A stretch of 64,000 nucleotides of DNA. Origin: Eledone cirrhosa (taxonomy: Eukaryota). The DNA is taken from NCBI GenBank assembly GCA_964016885.1, contig OZ024751.1, positions 10,664,001-10,728,000 on the forward strand. The letters are read 5' to 3'. The notes beneath the pieces are model-generated. The model ran no database searches and was not told the origin of the DNA. It saw nothing but the letters and a program-made list of their open reading frames with translations. Below are positions 13,701-27,586 of this stretch, one piece after another. Position 1 is the stretch's first letter. Each line of letters opens with the position of its first letter. The position numbers were made by a program, and so were the translations under genes.

Positions 13701-15150
13701 GGGTAGCAAGGGCTGAGTGAGGGTATTACTCAGCATGATCAGAAACAATCAGAAAATACAAGAAAATAACAAAAAAATAATAAAATAGTGGCGGAAATAT
13801 AAATAACTTGGCTATCATAAATGGATTTGGTTGTGAGTTGTCCCTTCTATATATATCTATATATCCTACAGAAACTTGCACTGACTATAATAAACCCACC
13901 TATTATTATAACAATATATGCTCATTCTGCCATATGTGATTCTGGAAGCTGAATTTCCTGTGTGCACTTTTATCTGTGTGTGACTGGATTGCCATCACGA
14001 TTTGTATTTGCTGTGGTACAGTTCAATGCGGTGCGATACATCGGCTGAGCGCCAACTTGGACATACATTGAATTTCACCTGGAACGTTGGATTAAGTGAC
14101 CGAATATTTTCCATTTCCTCACATCAGTGCCGGCTGTATATGTGCCATACATTTCTTTAACTCGTCGTACCTTTTTTTTTTTTCTCTTATTTTATTTTTT
14201 GTTGTAGATTTTAGGTGTATATCCCAGACCGCCTATGGTGATAAATCCCCTGGCTATAGGTTTTGGAAAAATAGTGTTATCTCACTTGGAGTTCGGAGCT
14301 GGAACATATCGATGTGGTTCGTAGGGTGCGGATACGATAAGGAGAATCGACCTATTACAGGGCGATATATTTGGAGTACACCATCCCTCATATTGACTAT
14401 CATACATGTAAGGCTGCATTACTGCTAACCAGCAATTCTTTTCACAGACTCATGCTTGCAAACTCTCTTGATCTGCCTGTACACCCCCTTTTGCACTGCT
14501 TGTGCTTAGATGTATCCACGCTTTGCTTTGTCTTATATTTTTGGGGGAGTTTCCTGGCTTTTTGTTCATTAATTGTTTTGTATTTTTGTAGTTATCTCTT
14601 TTCTTATCCCTGTATTTTTGTACTTTTTTATTATTATTTTAGTTTTTTATTATTATTTTAGTTTTTTATTTTCTAGTATTTTCTGATTGTTTCTGATCCT
14701 GCTGAGTAATACCTCCACTCATCCCTTGCTACCCTCATCCCTTGCTAACCTCTTTATCATCTATTGCATATCACTGATAAATGTTTGGTGTAACTTTTAA
14801 TTTTTAATTTTTAATTTTTAATTTTTAATTTTTAAATTTTTAAGAAATTTTATGACATTATGTGCATCATGTATTATGTCTTTTTCCATATAGCGCTAGC
14901 CTCGAGACCCCCCTGCTGGTCATTTAACCTTGTTCGGGTGACGCAGCTCGATGGAGCATGCAACTACTGATATACTCATGTTTATAAGCTCTGAAGATTC
15001 CTGCCATGGTATATGGATGAAACACTGTTAGCTAATAAAACTATGTATCTCTAAGCACTCTTTGGTTATTCCTATAACTATAACGGCTCTGTAGTATACT
15101 AGTTATCCTACATTGAGCTAAAACCACACTGCCATACCAAGGGCAATATA
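13700..15150. mobile_element. HHR-bearing non-coding element with internal inverted segment
   Basis: 13700-13790 is the inverted complement of about 14630-14735. HHR at 14987. 15065-15120 resembles 16105-16150. Confidence 0.55.
14987..15033 (+). ncRNA. Type I hammerhead ribozyme
   Basis: agct CTGAAGA ttcctgccatggtatatggat GAAA cact GTT|agct. Confidence 0.65.
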
Positions 15151-15186
15151 TCTACATGTATAGGCATATTGATATATTTGTCAACG

Positions 15187-15220
<34 letters not shown>

Positions 15221-15319
15221 TATATATATATATATATATGTATATTATATATATATATATATATATGTATATTATATATATATATATATATGTATATTAT
15301 ATATATATATATATATATG

Positions 15320-15372
<53 letters not shown>

Positions 15373-15419
15373 ATGTATATTATATATATATATGTATATT
15401 ATAACGAAATATATATATA

Positions 15420-16275
15420 ATTATAACTTGGTTATATGCTGAACCATCGTGAATTATATGATAGACCCGTGTTCTATATATTGCGTCTCATGGATTATGT
15501 GAGTGGTGGTGTGAGCGAAGACAGTGGTACTGTTTTGCCTACGATATAATATGGTTTATAATATGTTTGAAATTTTGGATATTTTGGTTTTCCTCTACAT
15601 TCGGGACTGTATATCATACAGGTGTATGCGAATAAATGATTTAATAATTCAGCCCACATAATAATATCGATTGCCTGCTTCAACTGCCTGACCCTGCAAA
15701 TAACATTCTGACGCACTCTAATCCTGTATAAATAAGACACGCGTGCATGCTACACGTGAGATTGTTTCATACACTGACTACTCTAAACTTTCCTCTTGCT
15801 TTATCTTCATAGACTGCCAATGCTTCATTTTTATTTTCATTTTTATTTTTATTTTTATTTTTATTTTTATTTTTATTTTTATCCTTTAACCTTTATATGT
15901 AAATTGCCATGCTATATCATTTTGATGGATGTCATCCCACTGTGGATCAATATGTGCATAAGTTTTATATGTCTCTTGTGTTGAAAAGGAGGTCAAGTAT
16001 GTTATAGATCACTAAATAGTTGCTCCGAAGAATCCAAACCTCGGTTTGGAGGAAACAATTGTAAGCAAATATATGATTTAAACTGAACTTTGATTATTGT
16101 ATTCTCTATATAACTGCTCTGTAAAACAACCGATGTTATTACATTGAGCTATTTATCTTACTGGTAATAAGATAGTAATTAATGACTATCTTTCAATATT
16201 TAAGGTTTGTATAAAAAATATATTACCATAAAAGGTTTTATTACATACATAACCATAAATAGTATCCTTAATACT
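15420..16275 (+). mobile_element. HHR-bearing element homologous to 56282-56970
   Basis: Shared run ctatataactgctctgta..ttacattgagctatttatcttactggtaataag..aaccataaatagtatccttaatact. In the 56 kb copy, 56282-56350 and 56720-56790 are inverted. Confidence 0.65.
16020..16068 (+). ncRNA. Type I hammerhead, U4C core variant
   Basis: ttgct CCGAAGA atccaaacctcggtttggag GAAA caatt GTA|agcaa. Homologue at 56323-56370 (-). Confidence 0.7.
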
Positions 16276-16300
16276 ATATATATATATATATGTATATTAT

Positions 16301-16943
16301 ATACTAGCAGTAAAGCCCGGCGTTGCTCGGGGTCGCTCAGTAGCTGTGTTAAAGTTACAATGTTAAGTTTCTTTTTTGGCTTAAAGTCTGTCTGCACGAC
16401 TGTCTGTCTGCACGCCTAACGAAATTTACAGATACATATATTTTAAATAAACTTATATAATTTTTGCTTTTTTTTACGAAATATTTGCTTGTTTTACGTA
16501 GTCTTTAAATAGACTTGTTTTCAAGTAAAAATATTGTTTTAAAAGGCTTTTAAATGGAAATGAAGCAAAACGGAAGCTTAGTGTTCGAACTGATGAATTT
16601 TGCAGGTCAAAATTTTGCTGGCTCGACAACTGTTCGTGTATTGTGTTAATGTCATTTTAAACGCTGAGAAAGCCAGCGTAATTTTTTTAATTTTTGCACG
16701 CAGACGCTCAATGTAAACAGAACAAAGGGAAATAACTGATCACTTACGCTCAAAAATCGATACATTATATTCGATTTCGTCAGATAGGGCGGGTCAATTT
16801 GAAATATTTTTTTTCCGATGTCTTCGCTAGGGCTCAATGTACAAGTATAGCAATTTCGGTGCAATTCCGTGAGAGATTCTAAGAGGAGATGTGTGCCAAA
16901 AATCGATAGACAGACAGACAACCTCAGTTTTATATATATAGAT
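16301..16943 (+). mobile_element. Non-autonomous Helitron/Helentron-like (HINE-type) element
   Basis: Starts ACTAGCAGTAAAGCCCGGCGTTGCTCGGG (CTAG plus GC hairpin) and ends (GACA)n..TTTATATATATAGAT. Second copy at 49099. Confidence 0.7.
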
Positions 16944-17284
16944 ATATATATATATGTATATTATATATATATATATATGTATATTATATATATATATATG
17001 TATATTATATATATATATATGTATATTATATAATATATATGTATATTATATATATATATATGTATATTATATATATGTATATATATATATGTATATTATA
17101 TATATTATATATATATGTATATTATATATATGTATATTATATATATGTATATATATATATGTATATTATATATATGTATATATATATATGTATATTATAT
17201 ATATTATATATATATATGTATATTATATATATATTATATATATATGTATATTATATATATATGTATATTATATATATGTATATA

Positions 17285-17315
<31 letters not shown>

Positions 17316-17533
17316 ATATACATATATATATATATAGATACACAAGTATATGTATATTATATATATATACAAGTATATGTATATTATATATATGTATAGT
17401 ATATATATATACAAGTATATGTATATTATATATATCTATAGTATATATATACAAGTATATGTATATTATATATATGTATAGTATATATATATATATATAC
17501 AAGTTTATGTTAATTATATATATGTATATTATA

Positions 17534-17582
<49 letters not shown>

Positions 17583-17583
<1 letters not shown>

Positions 17584-18360
17584 ACTCTCGCTGTTCCCTT
17601 TATTTACGTGTCCCAACGACTTTCTTTAGCCGTTGTTCGCACCAACCGGAGGTATATGGTCTTTAAAGCGAAGTAATACCGAGGATGGTTGGAAGATCAC
17701 TGATGAAGGACCAACTTTATTCATATGTAACCCATTTGCAACCACGCAGCACGTTTATTCCCATATTTACACATACTTTCCCCCGCTGTGACCCGTCTAT
17801 TTCGTTCTTACGGCTTCCTCTTTCTCTGTATCTTTACCCTCTCTAACAGCCACTCTCTCTGTTAGCCACTTCCTCACCCTTCACTCACTCACTCTCTGTT
17901 ACTACCTATCCTCCTCCTCCTCCTTCTTCCTCTTTGACCTATGCGTAATTCTTTTCTTTCGCACGCTTGGTCAGGCCGGTTCCCCCTTTTTCTCTCTCTC
18001 GTCTACGATTTCACAGAACTTATGTTCACCGAATTCACGGACTAGATCCCTTCTTCCTCCCGTTAGACCTGTACGGAATTCCTTCCTTGCTCACATTTCA
18101 ACCAGGTTTGATGGTCTTTATTCTCTTTCGCTGGCGATTTCACCGAACGTATATTCATGGAAATTTGGGACTTGACTCGTTCTTCCTCATTTTTCGTTGC
18201 TTCACCATCTTTGTTTGTTTACACTCTCGCTGTCCCCTTTATTTACGTGTCCCAACGACTTTCTTTAGCCGTTGCTCGCACCAACCGGAGGTATATGGTC
18301 TTTAAAGCGAAGAAATCCCGAGGATGGTAGGAAGATCACTGATGAAGGACCAACTTTATT

Positions 18361-18361
<1 letters not shown>
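17583..18361 (+). repeat. Element with ~140-bp terminal direct repeats, inside (TA)n
   Basis: 17583-17722 approximately equals 18222-18361 (period 639 nt). Both repeats end CTGATGAAGGACCAACTTTATTC. Confidence 0.75.
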
Positions 18362-18416
<55 letters not shown>

Positions 18417-19131
18417 AGTATATATATATGTATATTATATATATATATATACAAGTATATGTAAATTATATATATATGTATATTATATATATATATATAT
18501 ATGCAAGTATATGTATATTATATATATACAAGTATATGTATATTATATATATACGTATATTATATATATATATACAAGTATATGTATATTATATATATAT
18601 ATACAAGTATATGTATATTTTATATATACAAGTATATGTAAATTATATATATTATATATATATATATACAAGTATATGTAAATTATATATATATGTATAT
18701 TATATATATATATATATAAAAGTATATGTATATTATATATATATATATATATACAAGTATATGTATATTATATATATATATATACAAGTATATGTATATT
18801 ATATATATATATATTATATATATATATACAAGTATATGTATATTATATATATATATACAAGTATAAGTATATTATATATATATATTATATATATATATAT
18901 ATATATACAAGTATATGTAAATTATATATATATGTATATTATATATATATATATATATATACAAGTATGTGTATATTATACATATATGTATATTATATAT
19001 ATATATGTACAAGTATATGTATATTATATATATACGTATATTATATATATATGTATATATATATACAAGTATATGTATATTATATATACACATATATTAT
19101 TATATATATATATAAACAAGTATATGTATAT

Positions 19132-19165
<34 letters not shown>

Positions 19166-19228
19166 ATACAAGTATATGTATATTATATATATATACAAAT
19201 ATATGTAAATTATATATATATGTATATT

Positions 19229-19277
<49 letters not shown>

Positions 19278-19821
19278 AGTATATGTATATTTTAAATATA
19301 TGTATATTATATATATATATACAAGTATATGTATATTATATATATACGTATATTATATATATATATGTCCAAGTATATGTATATTATATATATATATACA
19401 AGTATATGTAAATTATATATATTATATATATATACAAGTATATGTAAATTATATATATATGTATATTATATATATATATATATAAAAGTATATGTATATT
19501 ATATATATATGTATATTATATATATATATATACAAGTATATGTATATTATATATATATGTGTATTATATATATATATTATATATATTCATTACTTAAGCA
19601 AACAAGACCACAAATTTCACAAGGAAGATATTATTAAAAGATTGTCAACATATTTTAGTTTGATGTAAGGAAAGTAGAGAATAATAATAATAATATTAAT
19701 AATAATAATAATTATCATTATTATTAAATAAAGTACCAGTAATGCACTGGGTAATTGCTGGCCTTGTGCCTAACGTAGAAACAATTATTATTATTATTAT
19801 TATTATTATTGTTATTGTTAT

Positions 19822-22124
19822 TCCTTGAATCTCAGTCATTGATGTTGGTTAACTGGAAAGTCCGTTGGATTGAATATCAAGCCACTACCTGCAGCCTCAG
19901 ATATTCAGGACGTATCGGAGGGTTCTTGCCGTTCCAAGCAAGCATGCCTTTTGAAGCGTTCCAAAAAGCGTGAAGGGGCCGATTTTCTTTAACCATCCCT
20001 GGAAACCTTTGGAGATAGTCCCCAGTGCGCCTATGACAATCGGGATCACTTTGACTTCATGGCAGTTCCAAATCCTTTTCACCTCCCACTTTAGGTCCTG
20101 GTATCGGTTAATTTTCTCCCTCTCCTTCTCTTGCACTCTCGTGTCGAACGGGCAGGCCACATCCACAATCAGGCACGATCTTTTTTCTTTGTCCACAACC
20201 ACCAGGTCAGGTCTATTGTGTTCCAGTTTTTTGTCCGTCTGTATCCTAAAATCCCACAGCACCTTCACCTGACTGTTCTCCATCACCGCCTCTGGCCTAT
20301 GCTCATACCATTTCTCAGAATGTGGTAGATTGTTTACTTTGCACAGGTGCCAGTGGATCACCCTGCCCATCACATCGTGTCTCCAGCCCTTATAGTGGGT
20401 CTGGGCTAGGTGTTTACACTCGGACACAATGTGAGCCACAGTCTCCTCTCTTTCTCCACAGATCCTGCACAGTGGGCTAGCCTCCTCCTTGTAGATATGG
20501 TGCTTCAACCACTTCGTTTTGAGGGCCTGCTCCTGCGCAGCCATTAGCATTCCTTCTGTAGCCTTTTTGAGGTCTCCTCTTCTCAACCAGTTCCATGTCT
20601 GTGGATCTCTAAATTCAGTTTTCTCAAAGAAGGGATTTTCCCTTAAGGCTGCTCTTCCTCCTTGATGTTATTTCCTCCTTGGGTATCCCCTGGCCTACTG
20701 TCCCCTCCTTCAGTACAGCTCTGAGCATTGGCTCCTTACTATAGGTCACGTATTTGTATAGGTTGTTTTTCTCCATCTGAACACAGTCCTCTATGCTGAT
20801 AAGACCTCTTCCACCCTCAGATCTCCTTAGGTAGAGTCTATCGACATCACTCCTCTTGTGGAACATGTTGTAGATAGTCAATAGCTTCCTAGTCTTCCTA
20901 TCCATTTCTTTTTGTTCAGCAACATTCCATCTCAGAATTCCCGCACTGTACCTAATAATAGACACAGCTCGGGAATTTACTGCGCTTATGGCATTTCTGC
21001 TGTTCAGATGTGACTTCAATACGCTCCTTACTCTCCGAATGTATTCAGTTCTTAACAATTCCTTCATTTTTTTGTTCTTTATGCCATCAGCCTCCAGAAC
21101 GCCCAAATACTTGTATCCTTCCTCAGAGTCAATTTCCTTTATCATCTCACCTGTTGGTATCTGGATCCCGTTACTTCTGCTCAACCTACCCCTCCTCATC
21201 ACAATGACTCCACATTTACCAATACCAAACTGCATACATATATCACTGCTGAAAATACGGACAGTGTCAACAAGCACATCCAACTCCTTCTCACTTTTCC
21301 CGAAGAGCTTAAGATCGTCCATGAAGAGGAGGTGATTGATGGTAAGCTCTCCCCTTCCCAACTTGTATCCTGCTCTCACTTTTCGCAGCATAATGGTCAA
21401 GGGCATCAGGGCAAGGACAAACAACAGAGGGGACAGGCTATCTCCCTGGAAGATACCTCTCTTGATCTTCACGCTTCCCAAGGATACTCCAGTTGATGTC
21501 AACTCTGTCTCCCAGGACCCCATACTCCTGCCCAGCAACTGTCTGATGTTATCTGCCACCCTGAAGATCTCCAGGCTTTTGGTGATCCAGGAATGAGGCA
21601 CCATGTCAAATGCCTTTCTGTAGTCTATCCATCCCATGGCAAGATCAGTGTGTCTCCTCCTGCAATTCCCCATTACCATCTTATCAATAAGCAACTGGTC
21701 CTTTGTACCACGTGACTTCTTTCGGCATCCTTTCTGTTCGTCCGGCAACAAGTTGTTTGTGTGGAGGTGATGGTAGATTTCCTCAGACACAATGCTCGTC
21801 AACAGTTTCCACATTACGAGCAGACATGTGATAGGTCTATAGTTGGTAACATCATTACCCTTGATTCGGTCTTTCATTATCAGAACTGTGGTACCTTTTG
21901 TCAACCACTCTGGCACCTCACCCGACACCAAGCAGTCATTGAACATGGCCGTCAGCTTCGGGTGGAGGGATGTTAAATGTTTAATCCAATACCCCTGCAC
22001 ACCATCTGGGCCTGGTGATTTCCAGTTGGTTAGTTTTTTGGCTTGCCCCTTAAGAGTTTCAACTGTGATACTCAAATCAGTCTGTTGCTGTGCCTGCTCA
22101 CCGATCTCCCTCTGTACTGTCTCA
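19822..22124 (-). mobile_element. R4/Dong-clade non-LTR retrotransposon (RT + CCHC + restriction-like endonuclease), 5'-truncated, in (TAA)n
   Basis: ORFs 20624-22075 (KSPGPDG, NYRPITCL, GIFQGDSLSP, HLLFMDDLK) and 19897-20586 (CRICGEREETVAHIVSEC, RPDLVVVDK..IVDVACPFD) joined by one frameshift. (ATT)n tracts on both sides. Confidence 0.9.
19897..22075 (-). pseudogene. R4/Dong RT-RLE polyprotein with a frameshift near 20600
   Basis: Two consecutive ORFs in different frames with continuous domain order RT, zinc knuckle, RLE. Confidence 0.88.
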
Positions 22125-22197
<73 letters not shown>

Positions 22198-22564
22198 TCT
22201 ACTTTCCTTACATCAAACTAAAATATGTTGACAATCTTTTAATAATGTCTTCCTTGTGAAATTTGTGGTCTTGTTTTGCTTAACTAATGAATATTTCCAG
22301 CTCTGCGCACCTAACTTCTGCATGAACCCAGCCAACTAGCTGCTTTCCACTGCATATTGCACATTGAGCACATGCCTTTACGCTTTGGCTTCTAACTAAT
22401 TCACCAATCTCTCCTCTCATATCTCCTCTCCTATCTCAATCTCTCTCTTTAAGATTGGTTACTCTTGAACTGTGTATATTATATATATATATACAAGTAT
22501 ATGTATATTATATATATACGTATATTATATATATATATATACACGTATATGTATATTATATATC

Positions 22565-22623
<59 letters not shown>

Positions 22624-22792
22624 AGTATATGTATATTATATATATATGTATATTATATATATATATATATACAAGTATATATATATTATATATATATGTA
22701 TATTATATATATATACAAGTATATGTATATTATATATATATATGTATATTATATATATATATATACAAGTATATGTATATTATATATATACG

Positions 22793-22825
<33 letters not shown>

Positions 22826-22937
22826 CAAGTATATGTATATTATATATATATGTATATTATATATATATACAAGTATATGTGTATTATATATATATGTATA
22901 TTATATATATACAAGTATATGTAAATTATATATATGT

Positions 22938-22993
<56 letters not shown>

Positions 22994-23549
22994 AGTATAT
23001 GTAAATTATATATATGTATATTATATATATATATATATATATACAAGTATATGTTTCATATTTTGAATTAATATTCTAAAGATTCAGCCATGCTGGCTTT
23101 AAAAAAGAAATATATATCACCCCCCCCCCCACACACACATCCATATATATATATATATATATATACACATACATGATGTACCTATATATATAGATGGTAT
23201 AGAGCATTGCTCTACACGACTTTCTACAGGTTTCACACATTATGAGAAGGTCAACTGTATTTTCCACAATTTAACTGCCACCATAAAACTTAGAAATTCT
23301 AATATTCTATCTGAGTTCCTGTAAGGTTTCATACCAACAGATTTAATAGTTTGATAAGGAAGGTCGGTATTGTAGTAGCTGCAATGTCTAGTGATCACTT
23401 GTCTTTGTGCTCTTTTAGCGTTTTGTATTCTTTATTTTTTTAAAATGTCTGCCGCTCTATTTTGTGTATATGTTTGTGGCAGACATTTTGTGAGTGATAC
23501 TGTGTTTTCTCTACAATACTGTATCTGTTGTTGTGTGTCTTGTATTTGT

Positions 23550-24203
23550 ATATGATGGTAATTCTGATGGTGATGATGATGGTGATGGTGGTGGCGATGA
23601 TAATGATGATGCTGATGGTGATGGTAATTCTGATGGTGATGGTGATGGTGATGGTGGTGGCGATGATAATGATGATGCTGATGGTGATGGTAATTCTGAT
23701 GGCGATGGTGATGCTGGTGATGAAGTTTGTAATAAGCAGTGTTTTTCTCATTCTATTGCGTTTGTTAGATGTAATATTAATAACAGTGGCATCATCATCA
23801 TCATCATCAACGCCAACAGTGTCATAGACATCAACATCATCATCAACATCATCATCTCACACGTCAACATCATCATCGTCATTATCATCATCATCAACGC
23901 CAACAGTGTCATAGACATCAACATCATCATGGACAATATCAACAACGATATCATCAACAGCAACAACACCAACATCATCATCATCAACATCAACATTATC
24001 ATCATCATCATCAACATCAACAACGTCACCGTCATCAACAACACCAACAACACCAACAACATCAACACCAACAACAACATCAACAACAACATCAACACCA
24101 ACATCACCAACATCACCAACAACACCAACAACATCAACAACATCAACACCAACAACATCAACACCAACAACATCAACAACATCAACACCAACAACATCAA
24201 CAC

Positions 24204-24235
<32 letters not shown>

Positions 24236-24393
24236 TCAACAACACCAACAACATCAACAACATCAGCAACAACAATATCGACAGCAACAATAGCAACATC
24301 ACAAGCACTATCATCACCATCAACAACAACATCAACCATATCAACAACTTCTCCAACAACACCAGCACTATCATCACTACCAACATCATCATC

Positions 24394-24427
<34 letters not shown>

Positions 24428-24515
24428 TTGTCAACAAAACCAGTATTATCAACACCATCAACACCACCAACACCATCAACAACATTAACGACATCAACAA
24501 CATCAACGACATCTT
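23550..24515. repeat. Degenerate (GAT/GGT)n then (CAT/CAA)n triplet repeats
   Basis: Direct reading of the sequence. Confidence 0.9.
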
Positions 24516-24926
24516 CAGTAGTATTTACATTAGTAACGTGAACATAATATCCTGACTGAAAACATATATATGCTAAAATGTTTGTGTTGTCTTCCATCAA
24601 TTTTTAAGAATGAATATATTTTTATAACATATGTATGTATAATGTATGCACATACACATATAACCATGTATATATATTTATATAATTATCTATATATACA
24701 TATATAGATTATTGCGATGGCTTCTATGGTTTTAGTATTATAGCGAACTGAATCTTAATTATATATATATATATTGTTATGCTTTGGGAGGGGCATGTTG
24801 CCAATAAGAAACACACGCACCAGTTGCTTTCACTCCAATTTATTATAAGTTAAATTTATAAATTTAAGAATTTATAAATTTCCGGTTGGTTGGTTGGTTC
24901 CACAACCGGACGGTCGTTCATATATT

Positions 24927-24969
24927 GTCAAAGTTCTTTCGTCACACATTCTGTGACCTCTTCAGTGAC
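24927..24969 (-). ncRNA. Type I hammerhead in PLE pLTR
   Basis: gtca CTGAAGA ggtcacagaatgtgtgac GAAA gaa CTT|tgac. Confidence 0.75.
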
Positions 24970-25189
24970 TGGGGATTCTTTTCTTTGTTTTTGTGCCTCT
25001 CCATTGTTCTGTCCTACGCCATCTTGTTTTTGTGTGCGTTGTGTGTGTTGTGTGCTTAGTTTGCGCATGTGTTACATCCAGGTGTCTGTGTGTGTCTATA
25101 TTTGTTTATTTATTTGTTTATTTATTTGTTTATTTACATGTTACTGGCTGGTTGTTTGTTCTATGTGTGTGTGTGTTTTCATTTTGTCC

Positions 25190-25570
25190 TTAATTGTAAG
25201 TTGTGATGTTGCTATTCCATTCATGTTTTCTATTTAATTTTGGTTGGAGTTCATTTATGTTTATTGCCTCTGTGATTTGTCTAAACATTGCGTCTTTTCT
25301 GTGTGTAGATTCTATTTTTATTTCTATGTTCTTTAATTTACCCTTATGTTCTATTTTAGCATGTTGGTGGAGTACAGATGATTCTTTTCTATCTTGAAGC
25401 TCTCGCCAGTGTTCATTTATCCCTTCTCCTATACTACAAGCTGTTTCACCTATGTACACTATATTCTTATCTCTACATTGTCCTTCAGTACATCTTATGC
25501 TATATACTACATTTCTAGTTTTACATTAATATGGGGGCTTAGTTTACAGATTATACATTTCTTATCTATA
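25190..25570 (-). pseudogene. PLE GIY-YIG endonuclease fragment
   Basis: C..CKLSPHINCKTRNVVYSIRC..YIGET..INEH..SVLHQHAKIEH..RQITEAINI..PKLN, reconstructed from this segment and its duplicate at 25631-25750. Confidence 0.85.
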
Positions 25571-26084
25571 CATAAAGGTAAATTAGAGAACATAGAAATA
25601 AAAATAGAATCTACACACAGAAAAGACGCAATGTACACTATATTCTTATCTCTCCATTGTCCTTCAGTACATCTTATGCTATATACTACATTTCTAGTTT
25701 TACAGTTAATATGGGGGCTTAGTTTACAGATTATAAATTTCTTATCTATACATAAGGGTAAATTAGAGAACATAGAAATAAAAATAGAATCTACACACAG
25801 AAAAGACGCAATGTTTAGACAAATCACAGCAGCAAAAAACATAAATGAACTCCAACCAAAATTAAATAGAAAACATGAATGGAATAGCAACATCACAACT
25901 TACAATTAAGGACAAAATGAAAACACCCACACACATAGAACAAACAACCAACCAGTAACACGTAAATAAACAAATAAATAAACAAATATAAACACATGCG
26001 CAATCTAAGCACGCAACACACACAAAAACAAGATGGCGTAGGACAGAACAAAGGAGAGGCACAAAAACAAAGAAAAAATCCCCA

Positions 26085-26127
26085 GTCACTGAAGAGGTCA
26101 CAGAATGTGTGACGAAAGAACTTTGAC
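26085..26127 (+). ncRNA. Type I hammerhead in PLE pLTR (inverted arm)
   Basis: Same motif as 24927-24969 on the opposite strand, downstream of the GIY-YIG C-terminus. Confidence 0.75.
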
Positions 26128-26339
26128 AATATATGAACAACCGTCCGGTTGTGGAACCAACCAACCAACCGGAAATTTATAAATTGTTAAATTTATAAAT
26201 TTAACTTATAATAAATTGAAGTGAAAGCAACTGGTGCGTGTGTTTCTTATTGGCAACATGCCCCTCCCAAAGCATAACAATATCGGTTTCAACACACGTT
26301 TTCAGATAAAGAATCTTGTTAAACAAATTCAGAAACGAA

Positions 26340-26370
<31 letters not shown>

Positions 26371-26869
26371 GTGAAGAAAAGTGTGGACGTTAGAAAACTT
26401 TCTATACAGATCACGTTATATAAGAAAAACGATAAAACAGAGGTTGAGAAGTGCACCCGGTATATAAAGGATCTTTATAATGTACAAACATTGATTTTAA
26501 AAATGCCTGATTTTTCCGTTTTGGATTATCAAAACATTTGATATTAGGTTAAATTGTTTTTCCGTTAAATCTGCTGTATGCTGATTCTCGACCACATTTA
26601 ACCTAATAACAATAAATCCTTTATATATATACTAAGTGCGCTTGTCAACCCCCCTTTTTTGAAAATCATATCTATATAATATATCACAAGTAAGCCAAAA
26701 TCTCTATTTGTGAGGGATATAAGCTAGACCGACTATAAGCCGGTTTTACGCATACATTAATATATATATATAATATATATATATATATATTTATTAAAAT
26801 AACAGATTAAAGTTTAAGCAAAGAATCGCTGCTTTCACCCTTAACGGGATCTTCTGAAAGTAAAAGTTT

Positions 26870-26920
26870 AGTTTCAGAAGATCCCGTTAAGGGTGAAAGC
26901 AGCGATTCTTTGCTTAAACT
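26870..26920 (+). ncRNA. Hammerhead-fold motif with U4A core variant
   Basis: agttt CAGAAGA tcccgttaagggt GAAA gca gcgattctt tg CTT|aaact. All three helices pair. A mirror copy lies at 26811-26859 (-). Confidence 0.6.
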
Positions 26921-27027
26921 TTAATCTTTTATTTTAATAAATATTTGCTCTACGGTTCTTATATATTTGATATATATTTATCCTTATTGAGCCCTCTTTG
27001 GATTTTAGTCTTCAAATTTATTATTAT

Positions 27028-27088
<61 letters not shown>

Positions 27089-27353
27089 GAAATAAAAAAT
27101 CAAGTCATTAGAAATATACTTCACTGCTTTACGATCGTTTCTAGGTGATAATAATACTTCGTAACTATACTTCGTTATCGATCTATGTAAGGTTAGTTAC
27201 AAAATATCAGATAAGGAGAATATCATGACTCTGTTTTTCCTTTTAATGTTTTATTGTTTTCCGGGATTTATTTTAACCTACAACATTTTCAACATATGGA
27301 TTACATTGAGTTCTTCATGCAGAGTAGACCCCACAACTTACCGTGGATATCTC

Positions 27354-27413
<60 letters not shown>

Positions 27414-27532
27414 AAGGTTAAACAAGGTTCAATGAATAAATCAAAGAATGAGTTTTACAATAGATTGGAAGCACTCAACAGTTATAACTGAATCTTAACC
27501 ATCTACTATGTCAGGGTATGCCATGCATCATC

Positions 27533-27586
27533 TTATTTTATCTGACGAGGACGTACTGTTGAAGTTAACTCAGTACCTCTGAAATA
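27533..27586 (+). ncRNA. Hammerhead interrupted at helix III by a minisatellite
   Basis: tattttat CTGACGA ggacgtactgttgaagttaactcagtacctct GAAA ta, then the ACA-rich array. Intact homologue at 54780. Confidence 0.65.

Larger units (their letters stand above)
24773..26283. mobile_element. Penelope-like element 3' end plus pseudo-LTR in fold-back arrangement
   Basis: Arms 24773-25348 and 25751-26283 are inverted copies. Each arm carries the GIY-YIG C-terminus and an HHR. Confidence 0.85.

Noticed and set aside
23494-24600. Asn/Ile-rich and Asp/Val-rich ORFs
   Set aside because: Triplet microsatellite open in several frames on both strands, with no domain.
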